Shown: positions 14,144 to 27,979 of the stretch, piece after piece
Layout: each line of letters opens with the position of its first letter
Numbering within the stretch: the first letter of the stretch is position 1
From: Octopus vulgaris
Taxonomy: Eukaryota
Direction of reading: 5' to 3'
Assembly: GCA_951406725.2 (NCBI GenBank)
Contig: OX597816.1
Span: 66,836,001-66,900,000 of the forward strand
Length of the DNA: 64,000 nt
The notes under the pieces: model-generated
Seen by the model: only the letters and a program-made list of their open reading frames with translations
Told to the model about the DNA's origin: nothing
Database searches by the model: none
Position numbers and translations under genes: made by a program

Positions 14144-15336
14144 TATTAAGGTATGTAGAAAAATACAACATGGACAAGAACGTATAACTCTCAGAAGACG
14201 ACACAACAAACACGGACAGGACATTCGAAACCCTCAGTCTTCAGTCAAGAACCGGATCATCGTAGTAATTTCGGCTGATTAATCTTGAGATTACTAGATC
14301 ATGGCCAGCCCTCCAAGAAAAACTAAGCAACGAGCATTAGAAAAACTAAGCTGGGAGCGTAGATTTCCTGGAAGAAGGATCGAATGCATACGAACACCGG
14401 GACAGCAAAAGGGACGAATATAAAAGGCAAAAAACAATAATGGAATACAGAAACATGAAATACAGAAGCATTAACGGTGAAAACAACAAGTGTCTTATGA
14501 CTGATAACAAGCAAACAAATTTTCTCTAGCGCATATTGGAAAGGAGCCTTATTGGCGATGCCTTGGCGGCGGACGGAAAACAACGATGTTAACACGTCGC
14601 TGGTGGGAAGCTGAGAGGCAGATTTCGGCCAGCGGTCACGTGACAGAGAAGAGAGAAAAGAAAAGAAAGAGAAGCAAAGGAAGGAAGAGAGAGAGAGAGA
14701 AGAGAGTGAGAGAGGAGGGACAAACGCAACAAGGGGAGAGAAGAGAGAGAAAGAAGGAATCAGAGAGGAGAAGGGATGGGTGTCGAAGATTGACCTGTGA
14801 GTGCAAAGCGAGACAAAGAAAGGGGAAGAGTAGACCAAAGAATCAGAGGAAAGAGAAGAGAAAAAGAGGATGAGTAGAGAGAAAAGAGAGAGAAGGGGAC
14901 AGATCAAGTAAAAGTGAGAGAGAGAGAGACAAACAGAGAGTCGTACCAATTTTTAAGAATATGTGCTCACATTAATGTTAAGAGGGTACGTAGCGCTTGG
15001 AATATATATTAAGGTATGTAGAAAAATACAACATGGACAAGAACGTATAACTCTCAGAAGACGACACAACAAACACGGACAGGACATTCGAAACCCTCAG
15101 TCTTCAGTCAAGAACCGGATCATCATAGTAATTTGGGCTGATTAATCTTGAGATTACTAGATCACGGCCAGCCCTCCAAGAAAAACTAAGCAACGAGCAT
15201 TAGAAAAACTAAGCTGGGAGCGTAGATTTCCTGGAAGAAGGATCGAATGCATACGAACACCGGGACAGCAAAAGGGATGAATATAAAAGGCAAAAAACAA
15301 TAATGGAATACAGAAACATGAAATACAGAAGCATTA
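14144..15336 (-). mobile_element. Non-coding element with 330-bp direct terminal repeats (14144-14473, 15007-15336; period 863); Penelope pLTR- or retrozyme-like
   Basis: Four substitutions seen between the repeats. The core is non-coding and purine-rich on the plus strand. The repeats are homologous to 39240-39557 (+) and carry a structured motif. Confidence 0.65.
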
Positions 15337-15788
15337 TATATATATATATATATACATATATATGTATGTATGTGTATGTGTGTGTGTGTGTGTAAATGTG
15401 AAAGGAAATTTGAAATAATAATAATAATAATAATGATAACAGCAGTAACCATCATCATTATCATCATTATCGTTATCCTTGTAATTTAATATTACTGGTA
15501 AAGTTGCAAAATACTTATTGTGTGACCCAGTAAGAGACCAATGGGAAGAAGAGGGTAACTATTATCCATGTGCGTATTCTTTGTCATGTGCACATATTCA
15601 CTCAGATATGTGCAGCATCTGGGACCAAGAGTCCTTCTGTTTATTTACATATGGTTGGTTGATTGTCATTTGATTTGGATGGAGACTGTGTGTGTATGTG
15701 TGTGTGTTTGTGTTTGCAAGGACAGGCATCCTAGCTGTCAATATTTTAAACATTGTGTGAACTTAAAGTATACGTACACAGTGCAAGA

Positions 15789-16452
15789 CCATCATCATCA
15801 TCATCATCATCGTTTAACGTCCGTTTTCCATGCTAGCATGGGTTGGACGGTTTAACCGGGGTCTGGGAAGCAAGGAGGCTGCACCAGGCTCCAGTCTGAT
15901 CTGACAGTGTTTCTACAGCTGGATGTTCTCCCTAACACCAACAACTCCGCGAGAGTAGTGGGTGCTTTTTACGTGCCACCGGCACAGGGGCCAGAGGAGG
16001 CTGGCAAAGGCCACTATCAGTTGGTGCTTTTTATGTGCCACCAGCACGGAAGCCAGTCAAGGTGGTGCTGGCATTGGCCACGTTCGGATGGTGCTTTTTA
16101 CGTGCCACTGGCATGGGTATCACAACTACAATTTCCATTTGATTTTTATTTTGATGTTGATGTACTTGACTCAATAGGTCTCCTCAAGCACAGCAGGTCG
16201 CCCTACGACCCAAGGTAAGCACAGCAGGTCGTCCTACGATCCAAGTTACTTTTCAATGAGCTGGGGCTGGTTATGCAAAACTGGTGTAGGATACAGCCGT
16301 GAACTCACTTTATTTGTCAGGTCTTCTCAGTCACAGCATATCTCCAGAGGTCTTGGTCTTTCATCATTGCCTCTGTGAGGCACAATGTTTGAAGGTCATG
16401 CTTGACCACCTCATCCCATGTCTTCATGGGTCTGCCTCTATCCCGGATTCCT
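15789..16452 (-). mobile_element. RTE LINE 3' fragment (second subfamily)
   Basis: Reverse complement of 7810-8586. Confidence 0.88.
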
Positions 16453-16459
16453 TCCAGTG

Positions 16460-17171
16460 ATCACCAATATTATCATCTGTATAGTCTTCATCATCATCAC
16501 CATCATCATTGTCATGTTTAATACTGTTATCTCCATCACCATCATCACCAACAGATGTTGGCAAAAGCTTCTTGCCATTGTCATCATCACTCTCCTTCCA
16601 GTCCCCCTACTCCTCCCTTTCCACCACTTCTTGTTATCATCATCCGCATCACCATCACCATCATCCTCATTATCACTGTCGTCGTTGTCATCATCATTGT
16701 AATCATCATGATTGTCGTCCTCATCATCCTCATCAGCACTCCTCATCATCATCATCATCATCATCATCATAATCATCATCATCATCATCACCCTCATAAT
16801 CCTCCTCCTCCTCCTCATCGTCATCACCCTCATCACCAAGATGATCATCATCCTCCTCCCCCTCCTCATCATCGTCATCATCTTCAACATCATCATCATC
16901 ACCAAGATCATCATCATCCTCATCATCTTTATCATCGTCATCACCCTCATCATCATCGTCGTCGTTATCATCATCATCACCCCATCACCAAGATCATCAC
17001 CCTCATGATCCTTCTCCTCCTCCGCATCGTCATCATGATCGTCATCATCCTCATCACCATCATGATCATCATCTTCCTTCTCCTCCTCATCATCATTGTC
17101 ATCATGATCATGATCATCATCATCGTTATCACCCTCATCACTAAGATCATCATTCTCATCATCATCGTCGT
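16460..17171. repeat. Long degenerate (CAT/CCT/CAC)n trinucleotide tract with higher-order units
   Basis: Recurring catcaccctcatcaccaagatcatc units. Confidence 0.9.
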
Positions 17172-17181
17172 TATATATATG

Positions 17182-17305
17182 ATGTAAATACAGTGTACAT
17201 TTAAACACATAAGAGGCATCCATCATAGGACTCCTTGCAAGCTAGAAAGAATAGTTAAATGTGATGGATGCCTCTTATGTGTTTAAATGTATACTTTATT
17301 TATAT
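17182..17305. repeat. 44-bp inverted repeat with a 36-nt loop
   Basis: ...tacatttaaacacataagaggcatccatca / tgatggatgcctcttatgtgtttaaatgta...; three differences in the outer part. Confidence 0.9.
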
Positions 17306-17673
17306 GAATAATATATAGTCTATTGACTAAATTTTTACATGCTAGGCCACTGGTAATGGAAATTTCTAATATTTCTTATTACTCTTTCATATTATTAATT
17401 ATATATATACTGTATGTATATATGAAATTTTACATATACAAAAGCGCACACACACACTTTTAATCTTTTATGAATTTCAGCTCAAAAGCTGTGGCCATAA
17501 CATACTTCTTTCAGTTTACATCTATCAAATCCACACACAAGTCTTTGGTAGGCCAGACACTTACCCAAGGTGCTGCATGGTGGGACTGAACCCAAGATGG
17601 GTTTCTATGGCTGGATGCCCTATATGTGTATGTGTGTATGTGTGTGTGTATATATATATATATGCATATGCCT

Positions 17674-17764
<91 letters not shown>

Positions 17765-17767
17765 ATA

Positions 17768-18050
17768 CTAGCACTATGACTCGGCAACGACGGGTAGTGC
17801 TAGTGCATGCATATACAGCTGCGGGCGGGCGCACATACACGCGAGTACTGTCCAAATCTCTGACCAATCACATACAGCTAGCTGGCATTCAATTGGCGTA
17901 TCAAGTTTCGGGCATTTTGATTAGGTTTTGGATAGAAATTTCACAAAAAAGTCACTTCTATTGATTTTTTAATAGCTTTGTGGGTTGACTGGGGAAATGT
18001 AAAGATGTGCACGACCATCCTTGGATGGTTTTGAATGACCATAGAAAGTG
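17768..18050 (-). mobile_element. Helitron-like 3' fragment
   Basis: The minus strand ends in a GC hairpin followed by GCTAG, inside (TA)n. Confidence 0.5.
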
Positions 18051-18130
18051 TATATATACACATATATATATATATATGTGTGTGTGTGTATGTATATAAT
18101 TATATGCATATACCTACATATATATATATA

Positions 18131-18647
18131 CTAGCAGTATCGCCCGGCGTTGCTCGGGTTTGTAAGGGAAATAACTATATAAGCATTTTTAGAGAGTTAC
18201 TTCCCTTATAGATGCCAATTCGGGCTTTCTTAGCCATTTCTGTTTTGGTGTCTTCAAGCCATGAAGTCATTGTTCTAAGAGAACGCTGGTCTCCTTGACA
18301 ACGCTTTACGACGTTGATTTCCTTAAACTCCCTTCCCCACAGCTTCATGAGGGAGGGAAGAAGGGGGAGAAGCAAACACAGGTGCAGGTGTTTGAGCGTG
18401 GACGCCAACTCCGCCGTCATCGACACACGAAAAATTATGCATTAAAATGGAATAAAAAATGATGTTAAATTATTTTTAAAATCATAGACTCATCGTAGAT
18501 GTGCGCTAATAGCCAGACGGGCTCGATATTAATCACGACTATAAGATACCCGAATTTGGTTAAACTGCACCGCAAAATGTGGGAGGAGTTAGGAATCTAA
18601 ATCGAAGGGGACAGACACTCACACAACTAGAGTTTTATATATATAGA
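18131..18647 (-). mobile_element. Non-autonomous Helitron
   Basis: Minus strand 5'-TC(TATATATAAAA)...CCCGAGCAACGCCGGG hairpin...CTAG-3', inserted A|T. Near-identical copy at 52660-53172. Confidence 0.85.
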
Positions 18648-19197
18648 TATATATATATATATATACATACATACACACACACATATAAATGTATATGTGT
18701 GTGCATGCATGTGTATGTGTGTGCATGGATGCGTGTTTTTGTGCCTCTTTGTCTTGACATTGCATGGTGGTTTAAATGAGAAACACCATCACAGAAGTAG
18801 TGACATTCATTTCTTCTATGAAATTGTGAAAAAAATGTCTGGTCATGGAAGAAAAGAAATGACCTTGTTTGGAAATAGGTGAATGCTGGAGACAAGCAGG
18901 GCCATCAGACTGTAGAAAACCTGCTTCAGAATTCTGCCTGACCCAAGCAATAATGGAAAAGAAACTTGAAGTTAAAATGATGATGATGATGATGGACATA
19001 CACAGTATATACATTGTATGTTTGGATGTCAGTTTGTGTTCATGAACAAATGACACTTAACTATTTGTGTATGACTACATCTATACATGTGTATGTGTAA
19101 TACACACATGCACATATATATTAAGTGTAAATATAGTATATATATATACATATATATATGTGTGTATATATATATATGTATATATATATATGTATAT

Positions 19198-19246
<49 letters not shown>

Positions 19247-20180
19247 TACACACACACAAACACATATTTATATATACATGAATGTATATATGTGTATGTG
19301 TGTATACATATATATATTTATATATACACACACACACACATATAATATGTATGAGTGCATTCACATGTGTGGGTGTGTGTAAGGGTGAATGCACTTGTTT
19401 GTGTGTATATGCCTGTGTGCGTGTATGCGTAATACACACATGCACATATATTACATATATATATATGTATATATATACACCCACATATATGTATGTGTGT
19501 TACGTAACACACAAATTTATATACACATGAATGTATATGTGAGTGCATGTGCATGAATGTGTGTGTGCGCGTGTGTGAGTGCACACATCCTAATATGAAA
19601 GTAGAAATGGAAGAGAAGGCCAAGGGATACTTTCTATGTCGTATAGGAATTTAAATGTTGCAGGCAACTAAAGATTAGATCAAACATTCCACCAACTCAA
19701 ACGACAACCTTCACTACTACTACTACTACTACTACTACTACATGATGTAGAATTTTAGCTTATGCCATCATGTAACAAATACTTTGACAAACTTCACTTT
19801 CATTTCAGTCAACTTCGTATTTTTTGCTCTTAAAAAAAGTCAATGTTTTTTTCTTTCACTGAAGTCAGCAACAAATTGCATTTCACAGATATAAAATATG
19901 CATATGTCTCTCTTTCCCTCCCTCATTCTCCATCCTCTCTCTCTCTCTCTCTACACACACATATGTGTGTGGGTGCATGCGTGTGTGTGTGTGTATATAT
20001 ACATATATATACATATACATACATATATATATATACATATATATATATACACACATGCATGTGTCTATATATCTATGTCTATATCTATCTATTTATCAAT
20101 GCACATATGTATATGTTTGTTTGCATGTGTGTGTGTTTGTGCACACACACACACACACACAGATATCTATGTATAATATG

Positions 20181-21883
20181 AGGTCAACCCATAAATAATG
20201 CAGTTTTTCCAATTGCATGAACTAAAAGTCAGAGGGGGATGAGATAAACTACCTGCATCAACTTGCTACAAAAGCAGGTAATAATTTTACCTTCTTATTC
20301 TTAGTGCAAGTTTTGAAATGTGCAGTTCGATTTTAATAGTTATTTTTTCAAAGCTATAATGGAAGTCACAAGGGAGCATATTTGGCATATTTTGCTTTAT
20401 GAGTTCAATAAAGGCAACAACACAATGGAAAGTGTGAGGAATATTAATGCAGTATTTGGGGATCGGACAATAAGTGTAAGTGAATCTCAACTGTGGTTCC
20501 AGAAATTCTGAGCCAGAAACTACAGCTTAGAAGATGAACTTTGTCCTGGAAGATGTGTAGAGCTTGAAATGGATGTCCTGCAAATACTTGAGAAACAAAA
20601 TCTCATCGTAACTGTTGAGGAACTAGCAGAGTAGCTTGGATTTGGTCATTCAGCCAGTTACTCAAGTCAGTGCTAGAAGAAAACTGGGATCTAGTCAGAT
20701 TGGCTGCCAGCATCAATCTGTTTGAATTGATTTCGGATTCAGTGTAATGATACACTTTTATTGGCTAATGAATGACATGAAAATCGTTTTCACTATCAAT
20801 CAATAAATAAAGAGTTATTGGAAATTAAAGTTTGAAAATTTTGGTAATTTTAGACAATCGTAAGCGACAGAGACATTCATGCCTGTTTCCATAGTGACAA
20901 GCAGAACATGAGAACTCTTTTATCTGCGAGAAAGCATGTGTTGACAAATACATTGAAACCACTTGTTTTACCTATCTGATGACAATTGAGTATGTGAATT
21001 TATGTAGTGCAGGATATATGAAAATTGTGATTTGTGCAAGACATTGATTGAATGCCTTTTTAATTTTCGTTTTCAATGAACTGGTCAACAAAATGTTTTC
21101 TTAAAATATTTAATTTGTAATGTGCTATTCTGTTTTCAGATAAATCTGTAAGTTTGTGCTATTGCATTAAATGCATAATGAATGTTTAAAACTATAAAAG
21201 ACATATTGTTTACAAATATTGACGTGTGCTATTTTCAGGATGTCGACTACAAAATGTGCAGTCATGCACAAAATGACAGCTTCAAATCCTCTTTCCTGAC
21301 TGGGTGAAAACAATCAAACTTTAAACCTCTATAACTTTTTCAAAACCTTTTTCTGGAAAAGGTGAAATAACTTTGGTAATTCAGCTTGGAAAAGTATGTT
21401 ATTGTGCCAAATTTAAAAATTTTCGATAAACTTTAATTTTTGAAATGCTGGCAGCCAAACTAAGTAGATCTGAAAAATGACCATCTTCGGTTTCAAGACG
21501 AAAAGTGTTCTTCCATCAGGATAATGCTCAGTCACATATTACAAAGATGACATTCCAAAGGCTGGAGTAGTTTGAATGAGAAACAATGCCCCACCCACCA
21601 TATTCACTGGACATTGCCCCATCTGCTTATCATTTATTCTGCAGTCTTCGTTTGGACTGAAAAAATCTGAATTCTGTAGACAAGGCCAAAACAGTATTGG
21701 AGGAGTATTTTTTGTCATGGACAAGTGAATTTTGGAAGAGGGGGCTTGCAAGTCTACCAGACAGATGGAAGAGCATTGTAGAAAATGTAGGAGAGTATAT
21801 TTTAGATTAGAAAAGAACTTTGTTTATCTTAATTTTGAAAAATAAAAGAAGTATAAAACAACCACATTATTTATGGGATGACC
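20181..21883 (+). mobile_element. Decayed mariner transposon interrupted by a nested insertion
   Basis: TIRs ggtcaacccataaataatg / cattatttatgggatgacc. N-terminal HTH (HILLYEFNKGNN...WFQKF...LEDE) at 20359-20650. C-terminal FHQDNA...PHPPYSLDIAPSAYHLF at ~21500-21640, with stops. Confidence 0.85.
20688..21470. mobile_element. Non-autonomous DNA transposon nested in the mariner
   Basis: Imperfect 26-bp TIRs gatctagtcagattggctgccagcat / atgctggcagccaaactaagtagatc. Confidence 0.65.
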
Positions 21884-21942
21884 ATATATATATCTGTCTA
21901 TCTATTATCTGTGTGTGTGTGTGTGTATGGTTGGCGTTAGGA

Positions 21943-22800
21943 TCTCTGATCACGAGCAGAAGTAGTGGGGGAATATCATAGCCATGTGTTGAAAGGAATT
22001 CTTTGGGGTTTCAATAATTCTCCTCTGGAAACATGGGTATTTCGTTGATCATCCTTAAACAACCCTTGTTCAGGGTCCTTTTGAGTTGGATGGGCTACTC
22101 TGCCTGAAGAAAATTCTAACAGGGCTCCACCTGCAAGGTCATGCCCTGTTTATCTTGATATGAGATCACCATGTCGCGCACATGTGGTTGTGATGTATGT
22201 GCCTGGTATACTCTTATCAGATTGGGAGTCATGATGGGCTTCGTATATTTTACCCCAGTGTCAATTTGATGGCATGCACTGCTCTCTCACTCAATAATAA
22301 TAATGATCAATGGCTCTCATAGCTTCTGATCTTAATTGATTGGAAGTGTTAACATCTACATGTTTTGTCTTGGTATAGAGGATGGGCTACAGCAAATATT
22401 CTGCTCAATACCACAAATTTGCTTGTCAGTTGTTTGACCTTAACCAGTTGAGCATGTCCCTTAGTGGCTGACGATATGTGCATCTCTGATCATGAGTAGA
22501 AGTAGTGAGGGAGCATCATAGCTATGTGTTGAGAGGAATTCTTTGGGGTTTGAATAATTCACCTCTGGAAACATGAGTGTTTCATTCATCATACTTAAAA
22601 CAACACTTATTTGTGTGGGATAGGCTACTTAACCCAAAGAAAATTCTAACTGTGCCCCACCTGCAAAGTCATGTGTTGTTGACCTTGATATGAGGTCACC
22701 ATGTCATACACATATGGTTGCATGTGCCTGGTGTACCCTTATATTAGGCTTTATATATTTGTGCCCCAGTGTCACTTTGATGGTATACACGGCTCTCTCA
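21943..22800. mobile_element. Two tandem copies (21943-22292 partial, 22310-22800) of an (AAT)n-flanked ~555-bp element
   Basis: Homologous to 41107-41661. Each copy ends ...ctctctcac followed by an AAT/AAC-rich tract. Confidence 0.75.
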
Positions 22801-23184
22801 CACAAAAATCACAATGACAACAACAACAATAACAGTAATGACAATAATAATAATAATAACAACAACAACAACATATACATATAAATACATACATACTTAC
22901 ATATAAATACATTCAAATACATATTTAAGCACACACACACCATACACATTTCGTATAAGTGTGCGTATAAATAAATATACACACACCTGCATACACACAG
23001 ACATTCTTTCTACACCCCTCTCTCTCATTTACGCACAAACACACACACATAAACACACATGCTTTGTCTCTCTCCTTCTCTCTCTCTCTCTCTCTCACTC
23101 ACTCACTTACAAACACACAAATATACACATATACACACATCCTCTGTCTCTCTCTATCTCTCTATCTTCCTCCCCCCACTCTCT

Positions 23185-23484
23185 GTCAGTCTGTCTGTCT
23201 CTCTATTTCGACATACAAACCAAACTTTACACATACTTGCATATGTTATCACAACCACTGTCTGTCTGTCTGTCTCTCTTTCTACATACAAACCAAACTC
23301 TACACATACTTGCATAAGTTATCACAACCACTGTCTGTCTGTCTGTCTGTCTGTCTCTCTTTCTATATACAAACCAAACTCTACATATACTTGCATAAGT
23401 TATCACAACTACTGTCTGTCTGTCTGTCTCTCTTTCTACATACAAACCAAACTCTACACATACCTGCATAAGTTATCACAACCA

Positions 23485-23535
<51 letters not shown>

Positions 23536-23575
23536 ACTTTCGGCATACATACCTGCATAAGCTATCACAACCATA
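23185..23575. repeat. Minisatellite, ~62-70-bp unit, four to five copies
   Basis: acatacaaaccaaactctacacatacttgcataagttatcacaaccac(tgtc)n repeated. Confidence 0.9.
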
Positions 23576-24902
23576 ACTAAGCTGAAACAAATCTTTCTGC
23601 TGCATGAGTTTCTGATGAAAAGATTTTTGGAATTCTTCAGATTCCCCCAAGCTTCCTGCATGGTTTTATTTCTTTTCAAATGAACTATGCTTTGTTTGAA
23701 AAGCAGAATACTATCAAGAGCTCCAAATTTCTAGGAATCTCGACATTTTTTATATTTCCCCTCCCCCAATTCTACTCCACCTCTACCTTTTATTAAAGCA
23801 AATTTGAAACTAAATTAAATTTTATTGTATGAAATTTATATTTCCTCTTCATTTAGTTTCATTTAGAATTCTTGCAATATTTTTCATACACACACACACA
23901 ATCTCACACACACACATACACTCACACATACAAACATATATACACACACACGCATTCACTCAAATGTCCTCTCACATACACATATTCATACACACACAAA
24001 CACAGTCACACATATACATATTCATAGACATACTCACACACACACACTTTCTATCTCACACATACACATGCACACACACTCTGCCTCATACACACACACA
24101 CACACACACCGTAACACTGAAGTACACACAAACACTGTCTATTTTCTTACAAGATAATAGGATGCAATTTGATGGAAACTTGGTTACTATTTCTAGCAGA
24201 ACAAGTGACTACATTGAGGTTCCCTCTTTGGGTTCTCCAAAATCAGTTCCTCTCCACATGTAGATAGTTAAACTTTAAAACTCCCAGAAAACTCCAGATA
24301 TATTGACCATGTGTCTAGAACTTTCATCATTGGCAATAAAGAGGGTTTCCAGTATTGTGATGGATTTAGAAAAGCTTTCAAAACCTGAGTTGCCCCCACA
24401 GTTTCTGCAGGAAGAAAAGCATCTCTGATGCTTATTTCATCTGTCTTTTATAATAAGCAGTATGACTTTTACAAGAATTGGCGAGGATGGGCTGAGAACA
24501 GTTTTAGCCAGCTATATCTGGTTCTGCATGATCTCTGTGTTATGTAACTATCAGTATCAGTAAAGAGTGAGACAACATTAGTCTTTTACCAGTTTCATTT
24601 CAAGAGCAGCAGTTATGCGTGAGCACTGCTTTTAGTTTTGCTACACTTTCATTGCTTGAAAACCTTCTCTGATATGTGGCATTTGGTGAACGAGGGAGTT
24701 TGATGTGGTTATCCTCATTTGTATTTCCTGTCATGAGGTAAGTTCATCCAGAACTCTTGACAGGATGAGATCCAGTTTTGTTTTGAAGACACATCTACCT
24801 ATTGTAGGTCTCCTAGGCTTTTGGGGAAGAATATTGAAGAACTGTGGACTGTTGAAACCCAAGCAGTAGCAGTTTCTGATCTTGTATCTTAGATATAAAA
24901 TA

Positions 24903-25695
<793 letters not shown>

Positions 25696-25696
25696 G

Positions 25697-26060
<364 letters not shown>

Positions 26061-26063
<3 letters not shown>

Positions 26064-26280
26064 TCATTATCATCATCATCATCGTTTAACGTCCGCTTTC
26101 TATGCTAGCATGGGTTGGACAATTTGACTGAGGTCTGGCAAACCAGATGGCTGCACCAGACTCCAATCTGACCTAGCAGAGTTTCTACAGCTGGATACCC
26201 TTCCTAACACCAACCACTCTAAGAGTGCAGTGGGTGCTTTTACGTTCCACCGGCATGAGGGCCAGTCAGGTGGTACTGGA
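26061..26280 (-). mobile_element. RTE-type 3' end
   Basis: CAT tail and conserved terminus. Confidence 0.8.
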
Positions 26281-26541
26281 AAATTATATATATATTATAT
26301 ACATACACACACACACACACACACATATAGCTCACAGGTGAGAATCAGAAATTCTCTGTATAGAAGACAGTTCAAAATATTCAAACTTAGACTCCGATTT
26401 CTTTACAGGGGATCATTCTACAAAGAAAAGAAAGGCTATAAGAGGAATCAGGTTGAGTGGATATAGAAATAATTATTGGGATAAGCAAATTAGACACATC
26501 AAATATATTAAATATATTAAGTACATCAAATACAATATATG

Positions 26542-27180
26542 TATAGACCCAGGAAGACATGGGATGAGGTGGTCAAGCATGACCTTCGAACGTTGTGCCT
26601 CACAGAAGCAATGATGAAAGACCGAGACCTCTGGAGATATGCAGTGACTGCGAAGACCCAACAAATAAAGTGAGTTCATGGCTGTATCCTACACCAACTT
26701 CACATAACCAGCCCCAGCCCATTCAAAGGACCTTGGATCGCAGAACGGCCTGCTGTGCTTACCTTGGATTCTAGGGCGACTTGTTGTGCATGAGGAGACC
26801 AATTGAGTAAGTACATCAACATCAAAATAAAAATCAAATGGAAATTGTAGTTGTGATACCCGTGCCAGTGGCACATAAAAAGCACCATCCGAATGTGGCC
26901 GATGCCAGCGCTGCCTTGACTGGCTTCTGTGCTGGTGGCACATAGAAAGCACCAACTGATTGTGGCTGTTGCCAGCCTCCTCTGGCACATGAATGAAAAG
27001 CACCCACTACACTCACGGAGTGGTTGGCGTTAGGAAGGGCATCCAACTGTAGAAACACTGCCAAATCAGACTGGAGCCTGGTGCAGCCTCCTGGCTTCTC
27101 AGACCCCGGTCAAACCGTCCAACCCATGCTAGCATGGAAAACGGACGTTAAATGATGAGGATGATGATGATAATGATGGT
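26542..27180 (+). mobile_element. RTE LINE 3' fragment (second subfamily)
   Basis: Matches 7829-8586. Confidence 0.88.
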
Positions 27181-27428
27181 GATGTATACATGCAAAACAA
27201 AAGAAAGTGAAAAGTGGAAGTTTTCAGATGATGACTGATGAATTTATATGTATAAATATATATATATTTATATAAATAGGTCCAACTTATACAAAGTACA
27301 AATGACAAATGAAAGATTGAACTTTGACCTTTCCATCTTTGAACTTCTCTGCATTAAGATCTGAAATGTAAGCTCTTCTTTACTCTGATGAAGGAGGCAC
27401 CTCTCATTCTATGTTAAATGCATCCAAA

Positions 27429-27561
27429 CAATTGCATTTTGTGATGGACTAAATCTACCAACATACAAGTTATCCCTTAGATGGTTATTACGGCCTCTAA
27501 CTTAAGCTCACCTATATATAAATATATTTATGTGTGTGTGTATATTTATGTATATATATAT

Positions 27562-27623
<62 letters not shown>

Positions 27624-27847
27624 TCATCATCATCATCAACATTTAACGTCTGTTTTCCATGCTGGCATAGGTTGGATGCCTTTGGAACCACGAGGCCAGG
27701 GACTGTACCAGGTTCAATTGCATTTTGTGATGGACTAAATCTACCAACATACAAGTTATCCCTTAGATGGTTATTACGGCCTCTAACTTAAGCTCACCTA
27801 TATATAAATATATTTATGTGTGTGTGTATATTTATGTATATATATAT

Positions 27848-27882
<35 letters not shown>

Positions 27883-27979
27883 CATCATCATCATCAACAT
27901 CAACATTTAACGTCTGTTTTCCATGCTGGCATAGGTTGGATGCCTTTGGAACCACGAGGCCAGGGACTGTACCAGGTTC
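27429..27979. repeat. Tandem duplication (27429-27715 / 27715-27979)
   Basis: Unique portions are identical; the copies differ only in microsatellite lengths. Confidence 0.9.

Noticed and set aside
16438-17226. Asp/Met/His-rich ORFs
   Set aside because: Translation of trinucleotide repeats.
27385-27410. CTGATGA hammerhead core
   Set aside because: No GAAA or stem III follows the short hairpin.
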